Shown here piece by piece: positions 21,728 through 31,489 of a DNA stretch of 64,000 bases (the stretch's first letter is position 1; every line of letters starts with the position of its first letter). This stretch comes from an uncultured Chloroflexia bacterium. Its GTDB lineage: Bacteria; Chloroflexota; Limnocylindria; Limnocylindrales; CSP1-4. The notes below the pieces were generated by a model. It was not told where the DNA came from, searched no databases, and saw only the letters and a program-made list of their open reading frames with translations. A program made the translations under genes and the position numbers. The stretch is taken from positions 448,001 to 512,000 of the forward strand of contig OY970218.1 in NCBI GenBank assembly GCA_963713975.1. The letters are read 5' to 3'.

Positions 21728-23878
21728 CTACCTCTCGTCGCCCGAGGCGCGCCGCGACTCCAGCTCGACCACCTTGTTCTGCGGGTACGCAACGCGCTGG
21801 TGGTACATGCCGAGCAGCTGCTTCACGAACACCTCGCGGATCGTCTCGATATCGCGCAGCGTGAGGTCGCACTCGTCGAACTGGTCGTCGGTGATCCGTT
21901 CCTCGATGATCCGCGCCACCATGGCCCGGATCGCGCTCTCGTCACGCGCTGAGAGGGACCGCACGGACGCCTCCACGGAGTCGGCCATCATGATGATCGC
22001 CGCCTCGCGGGACTGGGGCTTGGGACCGCCGTGCCGGAACTTGCGGATGTCCACCGCGTCCGCCGCCTTGCGACCCTCGGCCGTCTCGAGGCCCCCGAAC
22101 GGCGCCGCCGCCTGCTCCTTCGCCCGGGCGTAGAAGTAGGACATCACGCCCGTGCCGTGGTGCTGCGGGATGAAGGCGATCAGCGCCTTGGGAAGCCCGC
22201 TCTTGTAGGCGATGTCGATCCCGGCGCTCACGTGGCTCTTGAGCAGCTGGGCCGAAATCTCGGGGTCGAGATCGTCGTGGATGTTATCGCCGCCGGCCTG
22301 GTTCTCGATGAACGCGGCCGGGTTGGAGAGCTTGCCGATGTCGTGGTAGTACGAGGCCACGCGCGTGAGGAGCGCGTCAGCACCGACGGATTCCGCGGCC
22401 CGCTCGGCGAGATTGCCCACCATGAGCGAGTGGTGGTACGTGCCCGGCGTCTCCACCAGGAGCCTGCGCAGGAGCGGCTGGGACGGGTTCGCCAGCTCCA
22501 GCAGCTGGAACACGGTCACGATCCCGAACACAGACCCGATGACGGCGAAGCTGCCGACGGCGACAACCGATGCCCCGGCAGCCGATACCGCCGCGGCACC
22601 CAGCAGCTGCACGATCCCGGTGATGTCCTGGTCCCCCAGTAGCGCGAACGTCGCCACCACCAGCGCCTGCACGACGAACACGCCGATGCCAGCCTGGACG
22701 AACACGACCAGGCGGTCACCCCTCCGCACCCCCACGATGCCGGCGATCCCGCCCAGCATCACGTACGCGGCGAGCTCCAGGCCCGTGCCGTTGACGGCCG
22801 CGGCGAGGATCGCGATCAGGGCGGTCATCACCATCGCCACGCCGCCGTCGAGCAGGACCGTGACCAGCATGCCCACGGCGGCGAGCGGCAGCGCATACGG
22901 CAGCCAGGCTCGCTCCGCGGTCAGCTTCAGGACGAGCACCGCCAGCAGGAGCATGAGGCTCAGGAGCAGCAGGACGTTGTTGCGATGCCAGAACTCGCGA
23001 CGGAACCGCCAGGTCCACGTGAGCATCAGCCCGATCACCAGCATCGAGAGCACCACGAACCCGATCAGTCGCGCGACATCGAGGCCGCCCTCGTTCAGGC
23101 CGAAGTAGTCGATCGCCTCGACGGCCACGGGGTCCACGCGATCCCCGACCCGGACGATGGTCTCGCCGCGCTCCCACTCCTTGGTGACGTCCACCACGCC
23201 CTCGGCCGCGCGAGTGCGGGCCTGCGCGGTCAGCTCGGCGGAGAACGAGGAGTTGGGGACGATGAGTGGCTGGATCAGGGCCGCCGCCAGCGAGGCCTCC
23301 CCGGCGGTCAGGTTGCCGGCGATACGGCTCTCGATCGCATCGCGGACGGGAGCCACCTCCGTGTCCCGCAGCTCGGATCGCTCCACGGTGTCCAGGACGC
23401 GTGCCGCCTCGGAGCGGACCGCGGCCCATCGCTCGGCGTCCAGGGCAAGCAGGATCTCCCGATCGCTCTCCCCGAGCTCCCCGGCCATGGCGCCGGCGAG
23501 GATCGCGGCGCGGTCCTCCGGGGTCACGCCGTCAACGAACGCCGCGTCGGTGGCCGCGACCGTCCGGTCCAGCAGGCCGAGCTGCTGCGCCGCGACGGAC
23601 GCGCCGGCCGCGATGGTGAAGTCGTACTGCGGCTCAACGGCATCGCGGGCCACCTGGCGTTCGCGCTCGGTCAGGAACTCGCTGACGTACTGCGATGCCC
23701 GTGGCGCCTGGAGGCTGGCAGTGGCAGGCTTGCCCAGCTCGAGCTGCGTCTGCGCCGGAAGGATGTCGACGCCGAGGATCACCGACATGGCCGCGACCAG
23801 CAGGATGGTCGCGGCGATCAGCCGACCCGCGTCACGGCGGGTGAACTCGTTCGGGTGTTCGCCGGATCGAGCAAGCAT
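21728..23878 (-). CDS. pgpH: 7TM-HD (HDIG) phosphohydrolase, PgpH-like c-di-AMP phosphodiesterase
   Basis: Extracellular domain, 7TM region, ETPGTYHHS, YYHDIGK, F.ENQ, QHHGT, MMADSVEA; adjacent to ybeY as in Firmicutes. Confidence 0.88.
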   Translation of the reverse strand: MLARSGEHPNEFTRRDAGRLIAATILLVAAMSVILGVDILPAQTQLELGKPATASLQAPRASQYVSEFLTERERQVARDAVEPQYDFTIAAGASVAAQQLGLLDRTVAATDAAFVDGVTPEDRAAILAGAMAGELGESDREILLALDAERWAAVRSEAARVLDTVERSELRDTEVAPVRDAIESRIAGNLTAGEASLAAALIQPLIVPNSSFSAELTAQARTRAAEGVVDVTKEWERGETIVRVGDRVDPVAVEAIDYFGLNEGGLDVARLIGFVVLSMLVIGLMLTWTWRFRREFWHRNNVLLLLSLMLLLAVLVLKLTAERAWLPYALPLAAVGMLVTVLLDGGVAMVMTALIAILAAAVNGTGLELAAYVMLGGIAGIVGVRRGDRLVVFVQAGIGVFVVQALVVATFALLGDQDITGIVQLLGAAAVSAAGASVVAVGSFAVIGSVFGIVTVFQLLELANPSQPLLRRLLVETPGTYHHSLMVGNLAERAAESVGADALLTRVASYYHDIGKLSNPAAFIENQAGGDNIHDDLDPEISAQLLKSHVSAGIDIAYKSGLPKALIAFIPQHHGTGVMSYFYARAKEQAAAPFGGLETAEGRKAADAVDIRKFRHGGPKPQSREAAIIMMADSVEASVRSLSARDESAIRAMVARIIEERITDDQFDECDLTLRDIETIREVFVKQLLGMYHQRVAYPQNKVVELESRRASGDER

Positions 23879-23901
23879 GGCGTGGCCCTCCGTGGTGGAG
23901 G

Positions 23902-24378
23902 TCAGTGCTCCGTGTCGTGGGCGGCCAGGTCCGCGCCGGCAAGGGCCTGGGCGACCATGCCGGAGGCGACCTTGCCGTCCGCACGACCGCGGATCCGGGG
24001 CGACAGCCAGCCCATCACCTTGCCCATGTCCCGGGCAGAGCTGGCGCCGGTGGTGGCGACGCCCTCGTTGACGAGCGTGCGCAGCTCATCGTCGGTCAGG
24101 GGCTGCGGGAGATAGTCGGCGAGGATGGCGATCTCTGCCTCCTCCTTCGCGGCGAGGTCCTCGCGACCACCCTTGCGGAAGGCCTCGATGCTCTCGCGGC
24201 GGGTCTTGACCTCCCTCGTGACGACACCGAGGATCTCGTCCTCGGTGAGGGTGACCTTCTTCGCCTTCTCGATGTTGTAGATGGCGTTCTGGACCATCCG
24301 CAGCACATCGCGGCGCAGCGAATCACCCGACCGCATGGCGGCGGTCGTATCAGCCTGGAGTCGATCGCGAAGGGTCAC
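23902..24378 (-). CDS. yqeY: GatB/YqeY domain protein
   Basis: AMRSGD, REVKTRRESIEAF.KGGREDL, YLPQPL, DMGKVMG, GRADG. Confidence 0.93.
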   Translation of the reverse strand: MTLRDRLQADTTAAMRSGDSLRRDVLRMVQNAIYNIEKAKKVTLTEDEILGVVTREVKTRRESIEAFRKGGREDLAAKEEAEIAILADYLPQPLTDDELRTLVNEGVATTGASSARDMGKVMGWLSPRIRGRADGKVASGMVAQALAGADLAAHDTEH

Positions 24379-24553
24379 CGGATGGCTCCTCGGGCGTCAC
24401 GGCTGCGTCGGTGTGCCCCGACGGGATGCCGTGCCCGCGAGCTGCGCCGATGGTGGGATCCGGGACGGGTTCCCGGGTCGACGCCGCAGGTTGGCCGTGG
24501 GGACCGCGGCTCGGGTTCGCCATGACGGCGACCGGCCGCGGGACCCGGGCGGC

Positions 24554-24739
24554 TCAGCCCTGGCTCGCGCGCGCGTTCTTCTTGCGCTTCGCTTCCTTGC
24601 GCTTCCGCTTCACCGACGGCTTCTCGTAGTGCTCGCGACGGCGAGCCTCGGCGAGAATCCCGCTCTGCTGGATCTTCTTGTTGAAGCGACGGAGGGCGCT
24701 CTCGAACGTCTCGTTCTCACCCACTCGGACTTCGGCCAA
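24554..24739 (-). CDS. rpsU: 30S ribosomal protein S21
   Basis: [47 protein letters not shown]; TTG start after GAGGAGGTG RBS. Confidence 0.96.
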   Translation of the reverse strand: MAEVRVGENETFESALRRFNKKIQQSGILAEARRREHYEKPSVKRKRKEAKRKKNARASQG

Positions 24740-24861
24740 ACCCGGTTCACCTCCTCGGGCAGGAGTCTCGTACCCGCCCTCCGCACGCGATGCCCGACGG
24801 CGCGGTGGGCGTCCCGACCAGCAGACGTGCACGCACGCCAACCCGGCCGGCAGGCCGCCGG

Positions 24862-24890
24862 AGTGTACGCGCGCTCCCGGAAGGGGTCAA
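24862..24890 (-). promoter_or_regulatory. Sigma70-type promoter of rpsU
   Basis: TTGACC-N17-TACACT on the minus strand, about 120 nt upstream of rpsU. Confidence 0.75.
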
Positions 24891-25133
24891 ACGCGGCGGA
24901 CCAGCCGTGTCAGCGCTGGCTCACCGGCTACTCAACGCGGTGGCACCTGGGCGATACGTGCGGCTCGTTTGCGAGCCCGCCACCGGCCCCGAGATGACGA
25001 TCGCGTCTGCCGCGCAGCCGCGCGATCTGGCAGACTCGATGGCGTCCCGAGTCCGAGGCCGCGCGATGCTGCGGCTCCAACCACCTCACAGCGTCCCGCA
25101 CCAGACGGTGCATTCGACACTGGGAGTGTGCGC

Positions 25134-25400
25134 GTGACCTTCGAGGAGATGCAACGCCGGCAGCTGCGCCTGAGCCTCGGCCTTGCCACCGTGTTCCTGC
25201 TGAGCGTGTTTACCATCCCGATCCTCAACCACGTCGTTCCGGACGTGATGCTCACGCCGGTCCTCGGCATCCCCTTCGTCTGGCTCTACGTGGGCGTCGT
25301 GCTGCACCTGGAGTTCTGGGCCATCGCGATCAGCTACACGGTGCTCTCCAACCGCTGGGAGAAGGCCGTCGCGGCCACGGAGGTCGAGACCGGTGAGTAG
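25134..25400 (+). CDS. DUF485-like small membrane protein (ActP partner)
   Basis: Two TM helices; overlaps the start of the SSF transporter; GGGAG RBS before GTG 25134. Confidence 0.8.
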   Translation: MTFEEMQRRQLRLSLGLATVFLLSVFTIPILNHVVPDVMLTPVLGIPFVWLYVGVVLHLEFWAIAISYTVLSNRWEKAVAATEVETGE

Positions 25401-26955
25401 CCAGCTCCCGTTCCTCGCCGCGATGGCGGTGCTCATCGCAACGGTGGCCATCGGCCTGTACGCGTCCCGTGGCGCCACGACGCTGAGCGGCTACTGGGTC
25501 GCCGGTCGGGCGGTAGGCGTGTTCACCAACGCCTCGGCGATCTCCAGCAACTACCTCAGTGCCGCCTCGTTCCTTGGTGTCGCCGCCTTCATCTGGGCGT
25601 CCGGCTTCGACGGGGTCTGGTATGCGACCGGCTTCGCTGCGGGCTACGTCCTGCTGCTGCTGTTCATCGCGAGCCCGCTCCGCCGGTTCGGCCAGTACAC
25701 GATCCCGGACTTCTGCGCGGGGCGCTTCGGCTCAGTGCGTCTGCGCCGCGTCGGGATCCTGTGGACGGTGGTGATCTCCTCGCTCTACATCGTGGCCCAG
25801 ATGGTCGGGGTCGGCACCCTGATGGAGAACGTCGCCGGCATCCCGTGGGCGTGGGGCGTAGTGCTGCTGGGCGGGGTGATCATCGTGTACGTCGCCGTCG
25901 GTGGCATGACCGGGGTGACGATCACCCAGATGCTCCAGTTCTGGATCATGCTGGTGGCGATCCTCGTGCCGCTGGTCGTGCTGATGTCCCAGCACAGCTA
26001 CCCGGACCTGCTCGCCTTCGCCCTCGGGGACACGAGCGGGACCACGATCACGGGCCAGCCGGCGTTCTCGACCGCGGAGCAGGCCGCCATCCCGACCCTC
26101 GCCCAGTGGCTGCAGCCATTCAACCGCTACGACCTCCTCGGCAGCATCTCGCTCCTGGTGGCCCTCGTGTGCGGGACAGCCGGGCTGCCTCACATCCTCG
26201 CTCGCTTCTACACCAACCCCAACGCGGCGAAGGCCCGCTGGTCCACCGTCTGGGTGCTGATCTTCATCGGGATCTTCTACATGGTCACACCGGTGTGGGG
26301 CGCCTACGCTCGGCTGGTGCTCGGCCCCACGGCGGTGCTGGCGGAGGCCGGCGTGCCGGACCCCAACTCGATGATGCTGGTCACGAGTGGTGAGGCCGGC
26401 GAGTGGGCCACGGCGCTCGTGGCGGCCGGCGCGATCGCGGCGCTCCTGTCGACGGTGGCGGGCCTGCTCATCGCGCTCAGCTCGGCGTTCGCCCACGACT
26501 TCTACGGGTCGATCCTGCGGCCCGAGGCAACCGATCGCCAGAAGATCATCGCGGCCAAGGTCGCGGTCGTCGTGTTCGGAGTCCTCGCCATCATGGTGGG
26601 AATCGGGCTGCGGGGCGTGAACATCGCCTGGATGGTGGGCCTCGCGTTCGCGGTCGCGGCCAGCACCTTCTTCCCGCTGCTCACGGCCGGGATCTGGTGG
26701 CGCAAGATGACCGAGCGGGGGGCCCTGGCCGGACTCATGGTGGGCGGTACGATCGCCGCGCTGGTGGTCGTCGGCAAGCTGGCAGGCCTGTGGACGTTTG
26801 ACCAGCCTGCCCTCTTTAGCGTTCCGGCGGCCTTCATCGCGATCGTGGTGGTCTCAAAGGCGACCTACGGAGGGCAGCCAACGGAGGTCCGTGAGGCGCT
26901 CCATGCGGCGTTCACGGCGCTCCACACGCCGGAACGCAAGGTCACGACCGAGTAG
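25393..26955 (+). CDS. actP: Cation/acetate (monocarboxylate) symporter, SSF family
   Basis: NASAISSNYLSAASFLG, GGM..T..Q, GTAGLPHIL.RFYT, AFAVAAST; preceded by the DUF485-like gene. Confidence 0.88.
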   Translation: MSSQLPFLAAMAVLIATVAIGLYASRGATTLSGYWVAGRAVGVFTNASAISSNYLSAASFLGVAAFIWASGFDGVWYATGFAAGYVLLLLFIASPLRRFGQYTIPDFCAGRFGSVRLRRVGILWTVVISSLYIVAQMVGVGTLMENVAGIPWAWGVVLLGGVIIVYVAVGGMTGVTITQMLQFWIMLVAILVPLVVLMSQHSYPDLLAFALGDTSGTTITGQPAFSTAEQAAIPTLAQWLQPFNRYDLLGSISLLVALVCGTAGLPHILARFYTNPNAAKARWSTVWVLIFIGIFYMVTPVWGAYARLVLGPTAVLAEAGVPDPNSMMLVTSGEAGEWATALVAAGAIAALLSTVAGLLIALSSAFAHDFYGSILRPEATDRQKIIAAKVAVVVFGVLAIMVGIGLRGVNIAWMVGLAFAVAASTFFPLLTAGIWWRKMTERGALAGLMVGGTIAALVVVGKLAGLWTFDQPALFSVPAAFIAIVVVSKATYGGQPTEVREALHAAFTALHTPERKVTTE

Positions 26956-26976
26956 CGCCAGCGGGCCACCCGCGCG

Positions 26977-27513
26977 TCACGCTGCCAGCTGGCTCCGGAC
27001 CTTGAGCCGGGCCCTGCAGATCATGGTCCGCGTTGCCGTGTCCGAGCGACCGACCGCCGCCGCGATCTCCGCACCCGGATAGCCGCTCGCGGCCAACAGC
27101 AGGGCGGCGCGCGCGCGGTCGGGGAGGATGGCGAGTGCGGCTGCCAGCTCGGATCGGGCCTCCAGGTCGAGGACGAGATCCTCGGGCGTGTCGGGCTCGT
27201 CGCGGCGGACCAGCGCATCCGTGTGGCGCCGGCTGACCGTGGTCCGGCGCCCGAGGGAGACCGCGAGGTTCGCGACGACCCGGTGCAGCCATGCCCGGAC
27301 GTTGCGTGGCGGCCCGTTCGCGTCCGTCTCGAGCATCAGCCTCAGGAGGGCCTCCTGGACCAGGTCCTCGGCGGTCTCCGGGTCCCGGCAGGCACGGATG
27401 GCCGCGCGGACGAGCTCGTCGCGGTGCTGCTCATGCGCGGCTACCACGGTGTCGAGGGTAAGGCTGCTGGACGATGCGGCAAAGGTGGTGGTCGACATGA
27501 CCGTCGCGCTCAT
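26977..27513 (-). CDS. ECF RNA polymerase sigma factor
   Basis: Region 2 AEDLVQEALLRL..RAWLHRVVANL and region 4 LPDRAR..G...AEIA..VG......R..RAR; start ATG 27513 or 27498. Confidence 0.9.
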   Translation of the reverse strand: MSATVMSTTTFAASSSSLTLDTVVAAHEQHRDELVRAAIRACRDPETAEDLVQEALLRLMLETDANGPPRNVRAWLHRVVANLAVSLGRRTTVSRRHTDALVRRDEPDTPEDLVLDLEARSELAAALAILPDRARAALLLAASGYPGAEIAAAVGRSDTATRTMICRARLKVRSQLAA

Positions 27514-27549
27514 GCGGGGTGTTGATGGCGACACCTTGCCCCGCGTCCG

Positions 27550-27588
27550 CTGCGGAACCACCGCGGGAGGACTGCGGCAATCCTGCGG
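27550..27588 (-). promoter_or_regulatory. Four direct repeats CCGC(A/G)G at 11-bp spacing upstream of the ECF gene (putative SARP/BTAD activator site)
   Basis: Plus-strand ctgcgg 27550, ccgcgg 27561, ctgcgg 27572, ctgcgg 27583. Confidence 0.65.
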
Positions 27589-27591
27589 TGG

Positions 27592-29640
27592 TCAGAGGTT
27601 GAGGCGCGCCAGGCCGGCAGCGGCCACCTGGGACCCATCGAGGGACCGGCTCACCGCCTCCCGGTACGCGGCCGCTGCGGACATGCGGTCACCGCCCGAC
27701 TCGTAGGCCTCCCCCAGTGCGATCAGGAGATCCCGGCAGCGGTCCCGAAGAAGCGCCCGGCGCTCCTCGCTGAGGGCACTGTCGCCGTAGTAGGGACAAT
27801 CGTCGAGATACTCGCCCCGGTAGAGGCGTCGTGCCTCCTCGAGGAGCCCGATCCTGGAGACGCGATCGCCGGTGGTGGCGGCCGCGTCGAGCGCCGCCAG
27901 GAACGCGTCCACGTCGGACCAGGCGACGATCGTGTCATCGAGCCGGTAGCGATCGCTGGCGAACTGGACCGCGGAGCGACCACCCTTGCGGTGCGCCGGG
28001 TCCAGGGACGATCTCAGACCCCCCATCGTCCGGTGGAAGGCGAGGTCGGCTCGCTCGAGATCGACGTCCGGCCAGATGAGCTCGAGGACCTCGTCCTTGG
28101 CCACACCGCGTTCGCCGCGGTCAAAGAGGAACGCAAACAGGCCCTGTGCCTGCCGACTGCCCGCCTTGTCCCCGCCCCAACGCTCGATCCGTGACCCGCC
28201 GCGCTCCACCCGCAGCGGTCCGAGGGCGTGGACCCGCAGGCCCGGCAGATCGCCCCTTCGCTCGACCAGCGCCGTGTGCAGGGCCTCCGCGTGGGAGTCG
28301 ACGGCTGCACGGGCCTCCGCGAGCTGGGCGAGCTCGGCCACCTGCTCGTCCTCCCGACGGCCGGTCCGCAGGGCGCTCGCCACGTACGACGCGGACAGCT
28401 CCAGGAGGCCGATGTCGTGAGCGCCCAGCGGAACCCCGGAGGTCGTCGCGCCAACGCGCAGCTCTCCGACTCGTTCGCTGCCTTCCAGGAGCGGGATTGC
28501 CGTGATCGCGTCATCGTCTGGAAGCACCCCCTCCGACGCGAGCAGGGACCCGTCCGCAGCGGTGACCGCGAGCCCGGTCACGTCCAGAGCCCGGCTGACA
28601 TGCGCGAGCGCCGGCTTGACGCCGGCGGCGGACGGGCTGGCTGCAAGCTCCCGCTCGTCGAGGGCCCGCAGCAGCCGGTCCCGTGCGAGCGCGTCCCAGT
28701 CGCCGCCGATGATCCGACGCCTGACCCTGGAACCGATGGGCCCATAGAGCGCGGCGATGACGACCAATCCCAGGGCGGGGAAGAAGGGGCCGTAGAGGCC
28801 CAGGACGTTCGAGCTCACGACCTGGATCGCGAGGAGCACGGCAATCAGCGCGACCACGACGAGAGCACCGACGACCGAGCTTCGGAAGGCGCGGGCCGAG
28901 ACCGACGGGCCGAAGAAGATGCCTGCGGCGAAGACGGCGTACGCCGCGCACACGACCGACAGCGTGATGAAGGAGGTCCCGACCCAGGGATCCGCGTCCC
29001 CGACCACGGGGAGGAAGCGCAGGCTGGCACCGAGCCCGGCGAGGGCGACCGTGGCGAGAGCCGCCCTGAGCTGGCGCAGCCGGAGCGCGGCGGCGTCTGG
29101 GGCACGCATGGCCTGCAGCAGCCATCCCGCCGCAAGGGCGATCGCGACAAGGCGCGCGACGATCCATCCCCAGCCGAACAGCTCACCTGGGACGGGGCCC
29201 AGGGAGAAGTGCGGTGGTTCGATCCGCACCGTCGGCTCGATGCGCAGGATGGTCGGGAGCGCGAACGCGAGCAGGACCAGGTAGACCGTGACCACCAGGG
29301 AGAGCTGCCGACGCGCGGGCCGGCCCTCGGTCGCCACCACCAGTGCGAACAGGGTCAGTGTCCCGAGCGCCAGCGCCGCCGAGAGGTCCTCGATGGACCG
29401 GGCGACGACGGAGACGTCGGCGGACGTCGTCAGGCGCTGGACGACGATGCTGCAGCTCCACGTCGCAGACAGGAGTGCGAGCCCCGTGAACACACGACCG
29501 ACCAGCAGGTGCGAGCGCGTGGCAACGGTCAGGGCAAGCCAGGTCGCCAGCAGGGCGGACAGCGCCTGCGCCTCGACCTCCAGCATCGTCGGCCCGTCCA
29601 TCGATGGCCCTCGAGCACCTGCCGGTCCATGCGTGGACAC
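27592..29640 (-). CDS. Membrane-anchored transcriptional activator: multi-TM sensor + GAF-like + winged HTH + BTAD (SARP-type)
   Basis: About 8 TM helices; IPL...ERVGELRVG...D..LL..A GAF-like segment; LRVHALGPLRV..LFAFL...DEVLELIWP wHTH; DVDAF..ARRLYRGEYL BTAD; start uncertain (29640, 29601 or 29586). Confidence 0.85.
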   Translation of the reverse strand: MSTHGPAGARGPSMDGPTMLEVEAQALSALLATWLALTVATRSHLLVGRVFTGLALLSATWSCSIVVQRLTTSADVSVVARSIEDLSAALALGTLTLFALVVATEGRPARRQLSLVVTVYLVLLAFALPTILRIEPTVRIEPPHFSLGPVPGELFGWGWIVARLVAIALAAGWLLQAMRAPDAAALRLRQLRAALATVALAGLGASLRFLPVVGDADPWVGTSFITLSVVCAAYAVFAAGIFFGPSVSARAFRSSVVGALVVVALIAVLLAIQVVSSNVLGLYGPFFPALGLVVIAALYGPIGSRVRRRIIGGDWDALARDRLLRALDERELAASPSAAGVKPALAHVSRALDVTGLAVTAADGSLLASEGVLPDDDAITAIPLLEGSERVGELRVGATTSGVPLGAHDIGLLELSASYVASALRTGRREDEQVAELAQLAEARAAVDSHAEALHTALVERRGDLPGLRVHALGPLRVERGGSRIERWGGDKAGSRQAQGLFAFLFDRGERGVAKDEVLELIWPDVDLERADLAFHRTMGGLRSSLDPAHRKGGRSAVQFASDRYRLDDTIVAWSDVDAFLAALDAAATTGDRVSRIGLLEEARRLYRGEYLDDCPYYGDSALSEERRALLRDRCRDLLIALGEAYESGGDRMSAAAAYREAVSRSLDGSQVAAAGLARLNL

Positions 29641-29815
29641 TCTCGCGGAGGCGACGGAGCCGGCCGGGTGATCGATGGTGGGCCCGGCCCAGGAGACGGT
29701 CAGCGCGCCTGCGGCGGTCGTCGCGCGGGAACGGTACGCCCTTCGGGTAGCGGATACAACGGCCGACCGGACGGCACTTCCACACTTCGGTAGCGGCGAC
29801 TACCATCTCGCGATC

Positions 29816-31489
29816 ATGGAGACCCTGCTCGACCTCCTCGAGGGCAGCGCCGCGCGGTACGGGGACAGCAACGCGCTCGGCCTCCGTCTGGACGATGGCA
29901 GCACGACCCACTGGAGCTATCGCGAGATGCTGCGCCGCAGCCGGATCACCGCGTGGCGGCTCCGTGCGGCCGGCCTCCAGCCTGGCGACCGCGTCCTGAC
30001 CTGGTCGCCGTCCACGCCGGCGTTGCCGGCCGCCTACTTCGGCGTCATGTACGCGCGCCTCATCTATGCACCGCTCGACTCGCGGATGTCCAGCGATGCC
30101 ATCACCAACATCATCTCGGCGTCGGGCGCGACCCGGCTGCTCCTGGGTTCCGGCCGGGATGCTCCCGACCCGGGGGAGGTGGGTCTGGAACGCTTCCCCA
30201 CGACCTTGATCGAGGACCTGTCCTCGGATCCGGACGACACGTTCCCGCTCGACTGGGAGGCGCAGGTCGCGGCCTGGCATCGGCCGGCCACGGACGACAC
30301 GTTCCAGCTGGTGTTCACCTCCGGCACGACCGGCAACCCCAAGGGCGTGATGCTCACCCACGGTGCCGTCCTGGCCGGCGTGAGCTCCTTCCACCGGATC
30401 CTGAACCCGATGGAGCACCGGATCGTCTCGCTGCTGCCGCTCTCGCACTCGCTCGAGCAGGCGGTCTCGCTGTTCTACGGCATGGACGTCGGCGCCGACA
30501 CCGTGTACGTCCGGAGCCGGAGCCCGCGGGTCATCTTCGAGACGCTGCGGGAGCATCGCGTCACGACGATGCTCCTGGTCCCACAGCTGCTGGACCTGTT
30601 CTGGAGCGCCGTCGAGCGCGAGGTGGAGAAGCAGGGCCGGACGGCGACATTCAACCGGATGCGGCAGGTGGCACGGTGGCTGCCGTACGGCGCCCGGCGC
30701 GTCCTGTTCCGGAGCGTCCACCAGCAGCTCGGCGGCGGCGTGCGCCTGTTCGCCACGGCCGGGGCGTTCCTGCCGCCCGCGCTCCAGCAGGCGTGGGAGG
30801 ACCTGGGCGTGATCGTCCTCCAGGGGTACGGCTCCACGGAGACGGCGGCGGGCTGCTGCACCACGATGGACGACCACCCGCTGGGCTGCGTGGGCTGGCC
30901 GCCGAAGCCGATCGAGATGCGCATCGCCGACGACGGTGAGATCCAGTTCAGCGGTCCGAACGTGTTCAAGGCGTACTGGAACAACCCCGAGGCGACGGCC
31001 GCGGCCTTCACCGCGGACGGCTGGTACAAGTCCGGCGACCTGGGCCGGCTGGACGAGAAGGGGCGGCTCCACCTTCAGGGGCGCAAGAAGGACATCATCG
31101 TGCTGCCCAACGGGTTCAACGTGTACCCGGAGGACCTCGAGAACGCGTTGCGCGTTGCCGGGATCCGGGACTCCGTGGTGGTCGAGACGAGCCCCGGACG
31201 CATCGAGGCCGTCGTGCTCGCGCCCGCGACCCACGGGGCGCCCGGCGACACGTCGGCGACGCCGGCGATCGACGGCGTCCAACCCGAGGAGACCCGCAGG
31301 GCGATCGACACGGCCGTCAAGCAGGCGAACGGCGCACTGGGGCCGAGCCAGCGGATCGCGGGCTGGCGCCTGTGGCCCGAGGCGGACTTCCCGCGGACAC
31401 ACACGTTCAAGGTCAAGCGCGACCAGGTGCGGGCGTGGGCCGCGGTCGGGGCGCCGTTGCCGGTGGACGAGGACGGGCCAGCCGTCTAG
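29816..31489 (+). CDS. Long-chain acyl-CoA synthetase / AMP-binding enzyme
   Basis: FTSGTTGNPKG, QGYGSTET, GWYKSGDLG, GRKKDII..G.NVYPED.E, PRT...KVKR; TACCAT 9 nt before ATG 29816. Confidence 0.92.
   Translation: METLLDLLEGSAARYGDSNALGLRLDDGSTTHWSYREMLRRSRITAWRLRAAGLQPGDRVLTWSPSTPALPAAYFGVMYARLIYAPLDSRMSSDAITNIISASGATRLLLGSGRDAPDPGEVGLERFPTTLIEDLSSDPDDTFPLDWEAQVAAWHRPATDDTFQLVFTSGTTGNPKGVMLTHGAVLAGVSSFHRILNPMEHRIVSLLPLSHSLEQAVSLFYGMDVGADTVYVRSRSPRVIFETLREHRVTTMLLVPQLLDLFWSAVEREVEKQGRTATFNRMRQVARWLPYGARRVLFRSVHQQLGGGVRLFATAGAFLPPALQQAWEDLGVIVLQGYGSTETAAGCCTTMDDHPLGCVGWPPKPIEMRIADDGEIQFSGPNVFKAYWNNPEATAAAFTADGWYKSGDLGRLDEKGRLHLQGRKKDIIVLPNGFNVYPEDLENALRVAGIRDSVVVETSPGRIEAVVLAPATHGAPGDTSATPAIDGVQPEETRRAIDTAVKQANGALGPSQRIAGWRLWPEADFPRTHTFKVKRDQVRAWAAVGAPLPVDEDGPAV

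Noticed and set aside
24941-24956. TGGCAC as a sigma54 -24 element upstream of DUF485-actP
   Set aside because: No TTGC -12 element at the required spacing
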